In this document: one piece after another, positions 62,071 to 64,000 of the stretch
Numbering within the stretch: position 1 is the first letter of the stretch
How the letters are laid out: each line of letters starts with the position of its first letter
Translations under genes and position numbers: made by a program
The notes under the pieces: generated by a model
Databases searched by the model: none
Seen by the model: the letters and a program-made list of their open reading frames with translations, nothing else
What the model was told of the DNA's origin: nothing
Source of the DNA: Marsupella aquatica
Taxonomy: Eukaryota; Plantae; Marchantiophyta
DNA: 64,000 bases
Direction: 5' to 3'
NCBI GenBank assembly: GCA_973895155.1
Contig: OZ316896.1
Coordinates: forward strand, 4,068,738-4,132,737

Positions 62071-64000
62071 CTACATGCACGAAAAACCTCTGTCATATTG
62101 TTAACATCGACCATTTGAATACTCAATCACAACATTCAAGGAATACCTGCGAATACCCACTGCGGGTACTCATATAGGAATCCGAACATTGAAAAACTAA
62201 GAGTACATTTATAACCGATCTCTCAGTTTATGATAAACACTGGTCAATTCGTGGGCGCTTCTTGCCGCCAAATGAGCTCCCTAACGAAAGAATGACACGA
62301 AAAACAAGATGATGTAGTTCCTCTTTGACTCCATCCCTCCTTTCTTTCACCTCACTTCTATTTAGTTTTGTCCTTATCTTGAGTCAATGTCACTTTTATT
62401 AAACCACACCTGCCCAGATAAAAGACACATTCTCTTCATTTGTGTCTTGTGATGAATAGTATCTCACCTTAAAAGGTGGAGTAGTCAGCATCTCCTGAAC
62501 CTGTGCACTTTATAATGAGAACTAAGGGTAACCCATAGCTCTTTTTACCTGCAATAGTGGTTTAATCTTTGCTCCCTTCCCCTTTTTTGGGGACCACCTC
62601 ACCTTTCAGTTTTGTCCCCCTGAGAGTTACAGTCTTGAGGCTTCATTCTAGACAATAGCCCTTGAAGGTAGTTTTGCATTGCGCTTCATTAGTAAGATAT
62701 AAATCTGAATAGATGGTATGCTTGCTAATGCAAATGCAATCTGACCAATCAGGTAATGTAGTTTGGCCACCACAAGAAGCAACCCAAATGGGAGTTGGAA
62801 ATCAGGTTGGAAATTTATTTTGTGGAAAATTACAAAATTCATCCCTACAAGTTACCATAAATTACCTTAATACACTTAAAATTTGAGACTTACAAAACAA
62901 CTCACAATTATCTCCGCTAGGCAAAGGTGTCCCCCTTGGGTGTACATTGATTCACACAATGGCCAGAGATCTGTCAGTGGTGTTTTGTAGCAAATCTACT
63001 TACATTTTACTGTATTGTGCAAGGACACTGCACATTGCATAGCTACAGAAATTTGCTTTGTTATTTTCAAATGTACGTTTGACATGGGTTTTTCTTTAAA
63101 GCTCACAAATTTGTTACACCTTTTGACATAGGTTTAACTTAGTTTGGAGCTTGCAAATTTTCAACCAAGCAAATGGGGTGAGAGCTGAGTTGAATCAAAG
63201 TCTGATGTTACCAGAACCGATTGTTGAATTGGACAACCTGGGAAATTCAACAAATGAATGCCGAGTTTTAACGATTGAAGGAGTGTTCAGGTATGACAAG
63301 ATGTGGCAAACACCAGAGGAGAAAATGGAGAGCAAAAGAGGAGTCAGAAGGAGAAACTGAAACTGAATGTAGCAATTCCACTTTATTTAACTCCTATAAG
63401 ACCCCATTGTATGACAGGAAGTGGCTATGACAAGAGCAAAACTGTTGTCTGAGTCTCCCATCGGGAGTGTTTCTCCTTTACCAGTTTAGGAGGTAAAGGC
63501 AATCAAAGGTACGGCATACAATATGTTGCTGGGTGCATATGTCATTTTCTACCCATTACCTGTTTTTATTTTCCTTCCACCTTTCTGTATGCTGACTGAA
63601 TCCCATTACCTTTTTTTCCTACTGTCATACAAGTAATATTTGCTAAAAAAAACTCACCTTAATTTCTCCTTATGTAGGTGCTTTTTTTGGAGTACTGGTC
63701 CATGATGTGAATTTTTTTGGGGTTGGTCCATGATGTGAGTTTTCCCCTGGAGTTGAAAAAAGTTGAATGATGCCTTTGGAGTTCCAAATGTGACAAGGCG
63801 AATTCAATCAAAGGCCCTTCCAAGTGGGCATCCATGGCATTGTTAGATCATCTCCACCAGTAGAGTCAAATGCACATGTAACCTCCATAACAAGGATATA
63901 GTTATTTTCTTAGTGGTGGCCCATATCCCTAAATAGATGGCAGGCAGCCTCCATTTTTATATCCCTTAACCTGACCTCCATATTTGGTAGAAATGACAGC

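Overview
Eukaryotic, intron-rich, repeat-rich nuclear DNA from a land plant with flagellated sperm. It is most likely a bryophyte (liverwort-like); this is inferred from an intact IFT56/TTC26 gene, a plant-type intron-containing tRNA-Met and plant gene families. Three apparently intact protein genes lie on the minus strand: an 11-exon IFT56/TTC26 (554 aa, needing one GC-AG intron), a 7-coding-exon HROB/MCM8IP-like OB-fold gene (594 aa) with an upstream E2F site, and a single-coding-exon membrane-anchored plant protein with GT-A-like motifs. There is one tRNA-Met(CAT, elongator) gene. The rest holds the 3' end of a Ty1/copia element, two solo LTRs with target-site duplications (TSDs), an unusual inverted pair of near-identical copia LTRs, L1-like LINE fragments, three MITEs (one carrying a tRNA-like Pol III cassette) and tandem repeats. 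It also holds a 2OG-Fe(II) dioxygenase pseudogene, other decayed coding remnants and three miRNA-like fold-backs. All homology calls come from motif recognition, not database searches. No clearly new biological system is demonstrable from the sequence alone; the best leads are the inverted-LTR fold-back, the hairpin cluster, the tRNA-carrying MITE and the GT-A-like protein.
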